In this document: piece after piece, positions 30,353 through 44,900 of the stretch
Layout of the letters: the number at the start of each line of letters is the position of its first letter
Position numbering within the stretch: the stretch's first letter is position 1
NCBI GenBank assembly: GCA_963514005.1
Contig: OY740798.1
Coordinates: 51,646,001-51,710,000 of the forward strand
Reading direction: 5' to 3'
Source of the DNA: Raja brachyura
Lineage: Eukaryota
DNA: 64,000 bases
The notes under the pieces: model-generated
Seen by the model: the letters and a program-made list of their open reading frames with translations, nothing else
Told to the model about the DNA's origin: nothing
Databases searched by the model: none
Made by a program: the position numbers and the translations under genes

Positions 30353-32649
30353 TAGCAATGTTACAAAATTTTGAGATTTTAAAAATCAAGTCTGCAATTT
30401 ATCCCATCAGATAAAGCATAAAAAGAAGTTGAATTTGACACCTAATTCACTTTCATATCTTCAGTATTAAGAAAGTTATGGCCATTTTCATACTCGGAAA
30501 TTAGCATCTTGTTCCCCATTGCCTTTCAATTGACAACTCAAAAGCTGTGATCTGGAACAGTTAAAAGCCCATAACTTTCTTAAAAATTAAGAAAAGCAAT
30601 GAAATTTTCAGTTATTATAGATTGAAGCATTCTGAAACAAATATTAAACAATCTTACTTGGATGACCTGAAATTAAAGCATATAATTAGTTAGTTATCTA
30701 ATTGTAGCTAATTACAAAATTCAATGAGTAGATCTAAACATTTATCCATTTCTTAAGAAAAGAAAAACTTTTTTTAAATTGCCTAAGTGTCCAAATAACA
30801 TTCACACAATAATCCACAATATAACATAATTTTTAAATCTCATTTTCATGAATTTCTGGGCCAAATGGAAGGAATTTAGTGTTTGATTCCTGTAAATTAA
30901 TGGCCATTTAAATCAACTAGCGAGTGGGTTTTAGTGGAATGCGGTGAATTGGAACGTTGCGGTTCAGGCACGTGCCGTGAGTAATTACTCAGGGTAGGCA
31001 CTCGTCCGCTTTAAAAAAAAAATTAAACCACGCATGCGCAATTTGTTCTCCCCGTTAAATAAATAAATAAATAAAAACGGTGACATTTCAATTTGCCCAA
31101 GGCTTCCTAGTCCTAGACCAATTGGGGAACAGTTCCTTTCACAGCGTGTGGAGAGTCTGTGCCAGGGGTAAAGTTGTGGGGAGGGCACGAGTATTGAGAA
31201 GGAGGGTGTCGGGGATACTGCCAGTAACTCACTCACCGCTACCGCAGCTCTCCGGGCGCGAAGCCACGCACTGTAGCTGGGGATAGAAGCAGCTCGGGGA
31301 GCTACGAGCGGCCACCGGGACCTGACAGCAGAACTGGCCGCCACTTCAGCGCCTTCTGCCGGCCCGCTCACCTTTGGCAGTGCTCTCCGTCGGAACACCT
31401 GTCACCTGCCGTTCGCCGACTTCGCTCATGTCAGCGGCTTCCTGCAAATCCTTAAATTCGCACAGCCCAGTAACCTCAATCGCGCTGTCGGAATTTAAGG
31501 ACATGAGTGAGGCCAGCGAGCGGCAGGAGAGAGGTTTTTAGACGGAGAGCTGCCTGAGGTGAGCGACTGGCAGAAGGAGCTAAGGTGGCGGCTGGTTCCG
31601 CTGTCCGGCCCGGCGGCCGCTCAGCCACCCGAGCTAATTCTCTCTCTTCTCCCCCCCCCCCCGGCCTCAGAGCGGTGGCATCCCACGCCTCCGTGCAAGG
31701 AGCATCGCAAGTGGATGCTCCCGACCCCTCATTCATAACATTCGTGCCCTCCCCGCAACTTTACCCCGGGCCAGACTCCCCAAACGCTGTGAAAGAAGCG
31801 CTCCCCCCACCCACACACCCCGGGAAATACGGTATTTAAAAACGTAAACACAAAATGTACTTACCACATTATTGGTACACGACAAACCATAGATGAAAAC
31901 CCCGCCAAGAAACTTGCGCTGCGCATACGCATCAGTCTACTGCGCATGCGCAGTGCAGCAAAGGCAGAATTTCTGCTGCCTTCAGCCCTGCTTGAAACTG
32001 ACGGCTTCAGGCAGTGCTGACGGCACGTGGGCTGCACAGAGCTTCCCGTGTTACAAGCGCTGCGGATGAAAGGCACGGAGAATTATGCCTACCTAAGAGA
32101 TCGATCTTTTACATAGGCATAATTCTCCCATGCCTTTATTATTCATATTTAATTATTACTATGTTATAATTTTAGTCAGGGTAGGCAGTGCCTACCTTGC
32201 CTACCCTGACGGCACGTGCCTGTTGCGGTTAGCGGTGAAGTCGGGAGGAAAAATACTGTTTTTTCATACATTTTTTTGGACCCCATTTCGCAACATGAAA
32301 AAGTTATTAAAGCCTCCCGAAAAACCAACTTTTAATATAAAAATAAACGATTTACCTTTTTTTCTCCCCTACGCAAAATCCTTCCGGTTGTCTGTGCTCA
32401 CGGCTTTTGAAGGTGATTTTTAAATTACTCTAGTTAATAAATAATTTAGAGTAATTTAAAAACACCTTCATTCATGAAATGTCGGAGCGATTTTTCTTCC
32501 GCAACGAAATTGCCCGACATTCATTGATTATCCCTGCCTGTGGAAAAACGGCACTTTAAGCCCGCCCCCCTCTGAAAGGCGCCAAAGTCACGCACACGGG
32601 GAGCGGCAGAACTGCAGCGCTGCTCAAGGTAAGTTTTGTAACATACCTA
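30353..32649. mobile_element. Non-autonomous hAT-like DNA transposon (also at 49999-52297 and 58614-60912)
   Basis: Imperfect TIRs (TAGCAATGTTACAAAATTT versus reverse complement TAGGTATGTTACAAAACTT); TTTACTG duplicated on both sides; the empty site is visible in other units. Confidence 0.75.
30965..32222. mobile_element. Nested non-autonomous hAT element (also at 50613-51870 and 59228-60485)
   Basis: Perfect 14-bp TIR CAGGCACGTGCCGT; perfect 8-bp TSD TTGCGGTT (30957-30964 and 32223-32230); subterminal CAGGGTAGGCA repeats. Confidence 0.88.
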
Positions 32650-33799
32650 TTTACTGGTGTTTAGAATAGATGATTTGGGATGTTCAGTTGTTTAAAATCT
32701 GCTTGGGTGAGACACTTAGTCAAAGATCACTGAAACAGGCCCTTCGGCCCAACTTGCCGTTGTCAACCAAGGTGCCCCATCTAAACTAGTCCCACCTGCC
32801 CGTGATTGGCCCATTTCCATCAATCTATGCTTTTACTAAAACTCTCATTTTGACCACTTCCGGTCTGCGTTGTAATTAAATATGCGCAAAAACGATCCCC
32901 CATAGCGCTAACATTTTTCGCCACCTTACTCACCGTTCTCCTCTGCTGCAAGTCAAATAAGTTTTGTCCCGATCGGTGAAATATTATAAAAGTTATTGGT
33001 CTGTTATTCGCCAGGACGGCGACACCCCTTCCGGCACCCACTGTCAATCACCGGCCGCGAGAATAAAGCTGAGGGAGCGTTGTGAGCAGAGTGCGAGCTG
33101 TGTTCTGTGTTCTACGAGCGGGGGACCACACCACCCCTTCCCACATACACCCCCTCCCCTATCCCCACAACCCCCTCTCCTCTGCACCCCCCCCCCACAC
33201 CCCCCTCCCCTACACCCCACCTTCCCCTCAACCACCCCCTCCCCCACACTCCCTCCTACCACACACGCCCCTCCTCCCTATCAACCACCCCCATCCACAC
33301 ACCACCCCTACTCCCACCCCCACCATCCCCCCTACCCCCCCCCCCCACCCATGAGGTTGGAGGAGGTGCAGGTGAACCTCTGCCTCAGCTGGAAAGACTG
33401 CTTGGGTCCTTGGATGGAGTCGAGGGGGGAGGTAAAGCGACATTTGTAGCATTTCCTGTGGTTGCAAGGGAAAGTACCAGAGGAAGGGGGTGATTTGTGT
33501 GGGAAGGGACGAATTGACCAGGGAATTGGTTCAGGTAGTCCTTGCTTTCGCCATCCTTCCCGTCCCCTTCACAGCTCTCCCACAGCCTACTCTCTCTGCC
33601 TCTTCCTTTTTTTCCCCTCCCCACCGCCCCACATCAGTGTGAAGAAGGTCTCGACCCGAAACGTCCCCTATTCCTTCGCTCCATAGATGTTGCCTCACCC
33701 GCTGAGTTTCTCCAGCATTTTTGTCTACCGTCGGTTTTTCCAGCATCTGCAGTTCCTTCTTAAACATCAGGTTTAATTAAGTTCTTTTTTATTCTGCAG

Positions 33800-33844
33800 G
33801 TTTTGGCAAAATAGAAAATGTTGTCAATGAAAATGTCGATAAAG
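33800..33844 (+). CDS. 45-bp micro-exon, copy 2 (GFGKIENVVNENVDK)
   Basis: Same acceptor and donor as copy 1; phase 1-1. Confidence 0.75.
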
Positions 33845-34191
33845 GTAAAAGTCTTCATTTCCAATAGTTACTGTATTTTGAATGTTTGCTTCAAGTAGAA
33901 ATTTAGATCATTACACATGATCCAAATGTTCTCAAAACACAAAGCATCTGGGTATTCAATTATCTGGATATTCAAATTACTAGAAAATATAAATCTTTAT
34001 TCAATGCAAACTATATGCCCTTACTTACTAAATTAAATGCTTTGATTACATTTTGGAAACACTATTGATGTCTTTAATAGGCAGAATAAATGCCATAAAA
34101 ATGATTTTTCTGCCACAAATCTTATATCTATTTCAATCAATACCAATATATTGACCTAAATTTTTTTTAAAAACTTGACTCTGATATCACA

Positions 34192-34833
34192 TAGAAACAT
34201 AGAAATTAGGTGCAGGAGTAGGCACCTTCGAGCCTGCACCGCCATTCAATATGATCATGGCTGATCATCCAACTACCTGCCTTCTCTCCATACCCCCTGA
34301 TCCCCTTAGCCACAAGGGCCACATCTAACTCCCTCTTAAATATAGCCAATGAACTGGCCTCAACTACCCTCTGTGGCAGAGAGTTCCAGAGACACACCAC
34401 TCTCTGTGTGAAAAAAGTCCTTCTCATCTCGGTCCTAAAGGATTTCCCCCTTATCCTTAAGCTGTGACCCCTTGTCCTGGACCTCCCCAACATCGGGAAC
34501 AATCTTCCTGCATCTGGCCTGTCCAACCCCTTAAGAATTTTGTAAGTTTTTATAAGATCCCCTCTCAATCTCCTAAATTCTAGAGAGTATAAACCGAGTT
34601 TATACAGTCTTTGTTCATAAGACAGTCCTGACATCCCAGGAATCAGTCTGGTGAACCTTCTCTGCACTCCCTCTATGGCAATAATGTCCTTCCTCAGATT
34701 TGGAGACCAGAACTGTACGCAATACTCCAGGTGTGGCCTCACCAAGACCCTATACAACTGAAGTAGAACCTCCCTGCTCCTATACTCAAATCCTTTTGCT
34801 ATGAAGCTATCACAATGATATCGCTATGATTGC
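34192..34833 (-). mobile_element. 5'-truncated CR1 inserted in the L1 fragment (also at about 38.3, 42.3, 46.4, 55.0 and 62.5 kb)
   Basis: [15 protein letters not shown]...LEFRRLRGDLI ORF; (CATAGAAA)n tail; TATCACA TSD. The empty site 'ctgatatcacaaatttc' is seen at about 29650, 49295 and 57910. Confidence 0.9.
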
Positions 34834-37800
34834 TATCACAAATTTCATATGGGACTATAAGTACTTGTTGGACAATTCTGCCCAGCAGGTAGATTGGATA
34901 GCAATGGAGAGAGAGGACTGCTCTCCTTTTAATATAGGAGCGATCCTTCTCTCACCAATACAACTGAATAATATAATATACAAGAAAAATCCAATTATTC
35001 ATCGTACAATACGAACGAGGAGACAAATAAAATCAACTTTCAAATTAAGAAATCTATCACGTCACTCTCCTATTGTTAATAATCCGCCGTTTAAACCATC
35101 TACTGTCAATAAAATGTTTACACACTGGGAAAGAATAGAAATATTTTTTACAAAAGTATTTAAAACAGAAAAGAACCCCAATGCAGAATTGATTATCTTT
35201 GGAACAATGGAGACCGGCTCTGAGCTGACTTCGTTCCAAGAGAGTTTCCTTAACTATGGCTTAATAACGAGAGGACAAGTTGGTCCAAAGGGCCTGTTTC
35301 CACACTGTATGACTACGACTCTGTCTTTGGGATGTAGGAAGAAACCCGCACGTTCACAGGGGGGGAACGTGCAAACGCCACACAGACAGCACCCGGTGGT
35401 CAGGATCGAAACCGGGTCTCTGGCGCCGCGCCACTGCGCCGACCCTTTCACTTCAAACTTTACACTAGATTTATTTGATTGTCTCTTTCACAACAAAGTT
35501 TCACGTTGAATAAATTAGTTTTATTTTTTTACTGGTGTTGAGAATAGATGATTTGGGATGTTCAGTTGTTTAAAATCAGCTTGGGTGAGACACTTAGTCA
35601 AAGATCACTGAAACAGGCCCTTCGGCCCAACTTGCCGTTGTCAACCAAGGTGCCCCATCTAAACTAGTCCCACCTGCCCGTGATTGGCCCATTTCCATCA
35701 ATCTATGCTTTTACTAAAACTCTCATCTTGACCACTTCCGGTCTGCGTTGTTATTAAATATGCGCAAAAACGATCCCCCATAGCGCTAACATTTTTCGCC
35801 ACCTTACTCACCGTTCTCCTCTGCTGCAAGTCAAATAAGTTTTGTCCCGATCGGTGAAATATTATAAAAGTTATTGGTCTGTTATTCGCCAGGAAGGCGA
35901 CACCCCTTCCGGCACCTGCTGTCAATCACCGGCCGCGAGAATAAAGCTGAGGGAGCGTTGTGAGCAGAGTGCGAGCTGTGTTCTGTGTTCTACGAGCGGG
36001 GGCCCACACCACCCCTTCCCACATACACCCCCTCCCCTATCCTCACAACCCCCTCTCCTCTGCACCCCCCCACACCCCCCTCCCTTACACCCCACCTTCC
36101 CCTCAACCACCCCCTCCCCCACACTCCCTCCTACCACACACGCCCCTCCTCCCTACCAACCGCCCCCATTCACAAACCTCCCCTACTCCCACCCCCACCA
36201 TCCCCGTCTCCCCGTCCACCCCCCCCCCCCCCCCCCCCCCCCACCCATGAGGTTGGAGGAGGTGCAGGTGAACCTCTGCCTCAGCTGGAAAGACTACTTG
36301 GGTCCTTGGATGGAGTCGAGGGGGAAGGTAAAGCGACATTTGTAGCATTTCCTGTGGTTGCAAGGGAAAGTACCAGAGGAAGGGGGTGATTTGTGTAGGA
36401 AGGGGCGAATTGACCAGGGAATTGGTTCAGGTAGTCCTTGCTTTCGCCATCCTTCCCATCCCCTTCACAGAGGACAAGTTGGTCCAAAGGGCCTGTTTCC
36501 ACACTGTATGACTACGACTCTGTCTTTGGCATGTAGGAAGAAACCCGCACGTTCACAGGGGGGGAACGTGCAAACGCCACACAGACAGCAACCGGTGGTC
36601 AGGATCGAAACCGGGTCTCTGGCGCTGCGCCACTGCGCCGACCCTTTCACTTCAAACTTTACACTAGATTTATTTGATTGTCTCTTTCACAACAAAGTTT
36701 CACGTTGAATAAATTAGTTTTATTTTTTTACTGGTGTTGAGAATAGATGATTTGGGATGTTCAGTTGTTTAAAATCTGCTTGGGTGAGACACTTAATCAA
36801 AGATCACTGAAACAGGCCCTTCGGCCCAACTTGCCGTTGTCAACCAAGGTGCCCCATCTAAACTAGTCCCACCTGCCCGTGATTGGCCCATTTCCATCAA
36901 TCTATGCTTTTACTAAAACTCTCATCTTGACCACTTCCGGTCTGCGTTGTAATTAAATATGCGCAAAAACGATCCCCCATAGCGCTAACATTTTTCGCCA
37001 CCTTACTCACCGTTCTCCTCTGCTGCAAGTCAAATAGGTTTTGTCCCGATTGGTGAAATATTATAAAAGTTATTGGTCTGTTATTCGCCAGGACGGCGAC
37101 ACCCCTTCCGGCACTCGCTGTCAATCACCGGCCGCGAGAATAAAGCTGAGGGAGCGTTGTGAGCAGAGTGCGAGCTGTGTTCTGTGTTCTACGAGCGGGC
37201 GCCCACACACCCCCTTCCCACATACACCCCCTCCCCTATCCCCACAACCCCCTCTCCTCTGCACCCCCCCCCCCCACACCCCCCTCCCCTACACCCCACC
37301 TTCCCCTCAACCACCCCCTCCCCCACACTCCCTCCTACCACACACGCCCCTCCTCACTACCACACCCCCCCCATCCACACACCTCCCCTACTCCCACCCC
37401 CACCATCCCCCGTACCCCCCCACCCCCCCCCCCCCACCCATGAGGTTGGAGGAGGTGCAGGTAAACCTCTGCCTCTGCTTGGGTCCTTGGATGGAGTCGA
37501 GGGGGAGGTAAAGCGACATTTGTAGCATTTCCTGTGGTTGCAAGGGAAAGTACCAGAGGAAGGGGGTGATTTGTGTGGGAAGGGACGAATTGACCAGGGA
37601 ATTGGTTCAGGTAGTCCTTGCTTTCGCCATCCTTCCCGTCCCCTTCACAGCTCTCCCACAGCCTACTCTCTCTGCCTCTTCCTTTTTTTCCCCTCCCCAC
37701 CGCCCCACATCAGTGTGAAGAAGGTCTCGACCCGAAACGTCCCCTATTCCTTCGCTCCATAGATGTTGCCTCACCCGCTGAGTTTCTCCAGCATTTTTGT

Positions 37801-37875
37801 CTACCGTCGGTTTTTCCAGCATCTGCAGTTCCTTCTTAAACATCAGGTTTAATTAAGTTCTTTTTTATTCTGCAG

Positions 37876-37920
37876 GTTTTGGCAAAATAGAAAATGTTGT
37901 CAATGAAAATGTCGATAAAG
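37876..37920 (+). CDS. 45-bp micro-exon, copy 3
   Basis: Identical to copy 2, with intact AG/GT. Confidence 0.75.
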
Positions 37921-40900
37921 GTAAAAGTCTTCATTTCCAATAGTTACTGTATTTTGAATGTTTGCTTCAAGTAGAAATTTAGATCATTACACATGATCCA
38001 AATGTTCTCAAAACACAAAGCATCTGGGTATTCAATTATCTGGATATTCAAATTACTAGAAAATATAAATCTTTATTCAATGCAAACTATATGCCCTTAC
38101 TTACTAAATTAAATGCTTTGATTACATTTTGGAAACACTATTGATGTCTTTAATAGGCAGAATAAATGCCATAAAAATGATTTTTCTGCCACAAATCTTA
38201 TATCTATTTCAATCAATACCAATATATTGACCTAAATTTTTTTTAAAAACTTGACTCTGATATCACATAGAAACATAGAAATTAGGTGCAGGAGTAGGCA
38301 CCTTCGAGCCTGCACCGCCATTCAATATGATCATGGCTGATCATCCAACTACCTGCCTTCTCTCCATACCCCCTGATCCCCTTAGCCACAAGGGCCACAT
38401 CTAACTCCCTCTTAAATATAGCCAATGAACTGGCCTCAACTACCCTCTGTGGCAGAGAGTTCCAGAGACACACACTCTCTGTGTGAAAAAAGTCCTTCTC
38501 ATCTCGGTCCTAAAGGATTTCCCCCTTATCCTTAAGCTGTGACCCCTTGTCCTGGACCTCCCCAACATCGGGAACAATCTTCCTGCATCTGGCCTGTCCA
38601 ACCCCTTAAGAATTTTGTAAGTTTTTATAAGATCCCCTCTCAATCTCCTAAATTCTAGAGAGTATAAACCGAGTTTATACAGTCTTTGTTCATAAGACAG
38701 TCCTGACATCCCAGGAATCAGTCTGGTGAACCTTCTCTGCACTCCCTCTATGGCAATAATGTCCTTCCTCAGATTTGGAGACCAGAACTGTACGCAATAC
38801 TCCAGGTGTGGCCTCACCAAGACCCTATACAACTGAAGTAGAACCTCCCTGCTCCTATACTCAAATCCTTTTGCTATGAAGCTATCACAATGATATCGCT
38901 ATGATTGCTATCACAAATTTCATATGGGACTATAAGTACTTGTTGGACAATTCTGCCCAGCAGGTAGATTGGATAGCAATGGAGAGAGAGGACTGCTCTC
39001 CTTTTAATATAGGAGCGATCCTTCTCTCACCAATACAACTGAATAATATAATATACAAGAAAAATCCAATTATTCATCGTACAATACGAACGAGGAGACA
39101 AATAAAATCAACTTTCAAATTAAGAAATCTATCACGTCGCTCTCCTATTGTTAATAATCCGCCGTTTAAACCATCTACTGTCAATAAAATGTTTACACAC
39201 TGGGAAAGAATAGAAATATTTTTTACAAAAGTATTTAAAACAGAAAAGAACCCCAATGCAGAATTGATTATCTTTGGAACAATGGAGACCGGCTCTGAGC
39301 TGACTTCGTTCCAAGAGAGTTTCCTTAACTATGGCTTAATAACGAGAGGACAAGTTGGTCCAAAGGGCCTGTTTCCACACTGTATGACTACGACTCTGTC
39401 TTTGGGATGTAGGAAGAAACCCGCACGTTCACAGGGGGGGAACGTGCAAACGCCACACAGACAGCACCCGGTGGTCAGGATCGAAACCGGGTCTCTGGCG
39501 CCGCGCCACTGCGCCGACCCTTTCACTTCAAACTTTACACTAGATTTATTTGATTGTCTCTTTCACAACAAAGTTTCACGTTGAATAAATTAGTTTTATT
39601 TTTTTACTGGTGTTGAGAATAGATGATTTGGGATGTTCAGTTGTTTAAAATCAGCTTGGGTGAGACACTTAGTCAAAGATCACTGAAACAGGCCCTTCGG
39701 CCCAACTTGCCGTTGTCAACCAAGGTGCCCCATCTAAACTAGTCCCACCTGCCCGTGATTGGCCCATTTCCATCAATCTATGCTTTTACTAAAACTCTCA
39801 TCTTGACCACTTCCGGTCTGCGTTGTTATTAAATATGCGCAAAAACGATCCCCCATAGCGCTAACATTTTTCGCCACCTTACTCACCGTTCTCCTCTGCT
39901 GCAAGTCAAATAAGTTTTGTCCCGATCGGTGAAATATTATAAAAGTTATTGGTCTGTTATTCACCAGGAAGGCGACACCCCTTCCGGCACCTGCTGTCAA
40001 TCACCGGCCGCGAGAATAAAGCTGAGGGAGCGTTGTGAGCAGAGTGCGAGCTGTGTTCTGTGTTCTACGAGCGGGGGCCCACACCACCCCTTCCCACATA
40101 CACCCCCTCCCCTATCCTCACAACCCCCTCTCCTCTGCACCCCCCCACACCCCCCTCCCTTACACCCCACCTTCCCCTCAACCACCCCCTCCCCCACACT
40201 CCCTCCTACCACACACGCCCCTCCTCCCTACCAACCGCCCCCATTCACAAACCTCCCCTACTCCCACCCCCACCATCCCCGTCTCCCCGTCCACCCCCCC
40301 CCCACCCATGAGGTTGGAGGAGGTGCAGGTGAACCTCTGCCTCAGCTGGAAAGACTACTTGGGTCCTTGGATGGAGTCGAGGGGGAAGGTAAAGCGACAT
40401 TTGTAGCATTTCCTGTGGTTGCAAGGGAAAGTACCAGAGGAAGGGGGTGATTTGTGTAGGAAGGGGCGAATTGACCAGGGAATTGGTTCAGATAGTCCTT
40501 GCTTTCGCCATCCTCCCCATCCCCTTCACAGAGGACAAGTTGGTCCAAAGGGCCTGTTTCCACACTGTATGACTACGACTCTGTCTTTGGCATGTAGGAA
40601 GAAACCCGCACGTTCACAGGGGGGGAACGTGCAAACGCCACACAGACAGCAACCGGTGGTCAGGATCGAAACCGGGTCTCTGGCGCTGCGCCACTGCGCC
40701 GACCCTTTCACTTCAAACTTTACACTAGATTTATTTGATTGTCTCTTTCACAACAAAGTTTCACGTTGAATAAATTAGTTTTATTTTTTTACTGGTGTTG
40801 AGAATAGATGATTTGGGATGTTCAGTTGTTTAAAATCTGCTTGGGTGAGACACTTAATCAAAGATCACTGAAACAGGCCCTTCGGCCCAACTTGCCGTTG

Positions 40901-41936
40901 TCAACCAAGGTGCCCCATCTAAACTAGTCCCACCTGCCCGTGATTGGCCCATTTCCATCAATCTATGCTTTTACTAAAACTCTCATCTTGACCACTTCCG
41001 GTCTGCGTTGTAATTAAATATGCGCAAAAACGATCCCCCATAGCGCTAACATTTTTCGCCACCTTACTCACCGTTCTCCTCTGCTGCAAGTCAAATAGGT
41101 TTTGTCCCGATTGGTGAAATATTATAAAAGTTATTGGTCTGTTATTCGCCAGGACGGCGACACCCCTTCCGGCACTCGCTGTCAATCACCGGCCGCGAGA
41201 ATAAAGCTGAGGGAGCGTTGTGAGCAGAGTGCGAGCTGTGTTCTGTGTTCTACGAGCGGGCGCCCACACCACCCCTTCCCACATACACCCCCTCCCCTAT
41301 CCCCACAACCCCCTCTCCTCTGCACCCCCCCCCCCACACCCCCCTCCCCTACACCCCACCTTCCCCTCAACCACCCCCTCCCCCACACTCCCTCCTACCA
41401 CACACGCCCCTCCTCACTACCACACCCCCCCCATCCACACACCTCCCCTACTCCCACCCCCACCATCCCCCGTACCCCCCCACCCCCCCCCCCCCACCCA
41501 TGAGGTTGGAGGAGGTGCAGGTAAACCTCTGCCTCTGCTTGGGTCCTTGGATGGAGTCGAGGGGGGAGGTAAAGCGACATTTGTAGCATTTCCTGTGGTT
41601 GCAAGGGAAAGTACCAGAGGAAGGGGGTGATTTGTGTGGGAAGGGACGAATTGACCAGGGAATTGGTTCAGGTAGTCCTTGCTTTCGCCATCCTTCCCGT
41701 CCCCTTCACAGCTCTCCCACAGCCTACTCTCTCTGCCTCTTCCTTTTTTTCCCCTCCCCACCGCCCCACATCAGTGTGAAGAAGGTCTCGACCCGAAACG
41801 TCCCCTATTCCTTCGCTCCATAGATGTTGCCTCACCCGCTGAGTTTCTCCAGCATTTTTGTCTACCGTCGGTTTTTCCAGCATCTGCAGTTCCTTCTTAA
41901 ACATCAGGTTTAATTAAGCTCTTTTTTATTCTGCAG

Positions 41937-41981
41937 GTTTTGGCAAAATAGAAAATGTTGTCAATGAAAATGTCGATAAAG
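41937..41981 (+). CDS. 45-bp micro-exon, copy 4
   Basis: Identical to copy 2, with intact AG/GT. Confidence 0.75.
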
Positions 41982-44900
41982 GTAAAAGTCTTCATTTCCA
42001 ATAGTTACTGTATTTTGAATGTTTGCTTCAAGTAGAAATTTAGATCATTACACATGATCCAAATGTTCTCAAAACACAAAGCATCTGGGTATTCAATTAT
42101 CTGGATATTCAAATTACTAGAAAATATAAATCTTTATTCAATGCAAACTATATGCCCTTACTTACTAAATTAAATGCTTTGATTACATTTTGGAAACACT
42201 ATTGATGTCTTTAATAGGCAGAATAAATGCCATAAAAATGATTTTTCTGCCACAAATCTTATATCTATTTCAATCAATACCAATATATTGACCTAAATTT
42301 TTTTTAAAAACTTGACTCTGATATCACATAGAAACATAGAAATTAGGTGCAGGAGTAGGCACCTTCGAGCCTGCACCGCCATTCAATATGATCATGGCTG
42401 ATCATCCAACTACCTGCCTTCTCTCCATACCCCCTGATCCCCTTAGCCACAAGGGCCACATCTAACTCCCTCTTAAATATAGCCAATGAACTGGCCTCAA
42501 CTACCCTCTGTGGCAGAGAGTTCCAGAGACACACCACTCTCTGTGTGAAAAAAGTCCTTCTCATCTCGGTCCTAAAGGATTTCCCCCTTATCCTTAAGCT
42601 GTGACCCCTTGTCCTGGACCTCCCCAACATCGGGAACAATCTTCCTGCATCTGGCCTGTCCAACCCCTTAAGAATTTTGTAAGTTTTTATAAGATCCCCT
42701 CTCAATCTCCTAAATTCTAGAGAGTATAAACCGAGTTTATACAGTCTTTGTTCATAAGACAGTCCTGACATCCCAGGAATCAGTCTGGTGAACCTTCTCT
42801 GCACTCCCTCTATGGCAATAATGTCCTTCCTCAGATTTGGAGACCAGAACTGTACGCAATACTCCAGGTGTGGCCTCACCAAGACCCTATACAACTGAAG
42901 TAGAACCTCCCTGCTCCTATACTCAAATCCTTTTGCTATGAAGCTATCACAATGATATCGCTATGATTGCTATCACAAATTTCATATGGGACTATAAGTA
43001 CTTGTTGGACAATTCTGCCCAGCAGGTAGATTGGATAGCAATGGAGAGAGAGGACTGCTCTCCTTTTAATATAGGAGCGATCCTTCTCTCACCAATACAA
43101 CTGAATAATATAATATACAAGAAAAATCCAATTATTCATCGTACAATACGAACGAGGAGACAAATAAAATCAACTTTCAAATTAAGAAATCTATCACGTC
43201 GCTCTCCTATTGTTAATAATCCGCCGTTTAAACCATCTACTGTCAATAAAATGTTTACACACTGGGAAAGAATAGAAATATTTTTTACAAAAGTATTTAA
43301 AACAGAAAAGAACCCCAATGCAGAATTGATTATCTTTGGAACAATGGAGACCGGCTCTGAGCTGACTTCGTTCCAAGAGAGTTTCCTTAACTATGGCTTA
43401 ATAACGAGAGGACAAGTTGGTCCAAAGGGCCTGTTTCCACACTGTATGACTACGACTCTGTCTTTGGGATGTAGGAAGAAACCCGCACGTTCACAGGGGG
43501 GGAACGTGCAAACGCCACACAGACAGCACCCGGTGGTCAGGATCGAAACCGGGTCTCTGGCGCCGCGCCACTGCGCCGACCCTTTCACTTCAAACTTTAC
43601 ACTAGATTTATTTGATTGTCTCTTTCACAACAAAGTTTCACGTTGAATAAATTAGTTTTATTTTTTTACTGGTGTTGAGAATAGATGATTTGGGATGTTC
43701 AGTTGTTTAAAATCAGCTTGGGTGAGACACTTAGTCAAAGATCACTGAAACAGGCCCTTCGGCCCAACTTGCCGTTGTCAACCAAGGTGCCCCATCTAAA
43801 CTAGTCCCACCTGCCCGTGATTGGCCCATTTCCATCAATCTATGCTTTTACTAAAACTCTCATCTTGACCACTTCCGGTCTGCGTTGTTATTAAATATGC
43901 GCAAAAACGATCCCCCATAGCGCTAGCATTTTTCGCCACCTTACTCACCGTTCTCCTCTGCTGCAAGTCAAATAAGTTTTGTCCCGATCGGTGAAATATT
44001 ATAAAAGTTATTGGTCTGTTATTCACCAGGAAGGCGACACCCCTTCCGGCACCTGCTGTCAATCACCGGCCGCGAGAATAAAGCTGAGGGAGCGTTGTGA
44101 GCAGAGTGCGAGCTGTGTTCTGTGTTCTACGAGCGGGGGCCCACACCACCCCTTCCCACATACACCCCCTCCCCTATCCTCACAACCCCCTCTCCTCTGC
44201 ACCCCCCCACACCCCCCTCCCTTACACCCCACCTTCCCCTCAACCACCCCCTCCCCCACACTCCCTCCTACCACACACGCCCCTCCTCCCTACCAACCGC
44301 CCCCATTCACAAACCTCCCCTACTCCCACCCCCACCATCCCCGTCTCCCCGTCCACCCCCCCCCCCCCCCCCCCCACCCATGAGGTTGGAGGAGGTGCAG
44401 GTGAACCTCTGCCTCAGCTGGAAAGACTACTTGGGTCCTTGGATGGAGTCGAGGGGGAAGGTAAAGCGACATTTGTAGCATTTCCTGTGGTTGCAAGGGA
44501 AAGTACCAGAGGAAGGGGGTGATTTGTGTAGGAAGGGGCGAATTGACCAGGGAATTGGTTCAGATAGTCCTTGCTTTCGCCATCCTTCCCATCCCCTTCA
44601 CAGAGGACAAGTTGGTCCAAAGGGCCTGTTTCCACACTGTATGACTACGACTCTGTCTTTGGCATGTAGGAAGAAACCCGCACGTTCACAGGGGGGGGAA
44701 CGTGCAAACGCCACACAGACAGCAACCGGTGGTCAGGATCGAAACCGGGTCTCTGGCGCTGCGCCACTGCGCCGACCCTTTCACTTCAAACTTTACACTA
44801 GATTTATTTGATTGTCTCTTTCACAACAAAGTTTCACGTTGAATAAATTAGTTTTATTTTTTTACTGGTGTTGAGAATAGATGATTTGGGATGTTCAGTT

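Noticed and set aside
34826-35509. Repeated 227-230 aa ORF (MIAITNFIWDYK...)
   Set aside because: Chimera of a decayed L1 fragment and SINE sequence; conserved only because the array is young.
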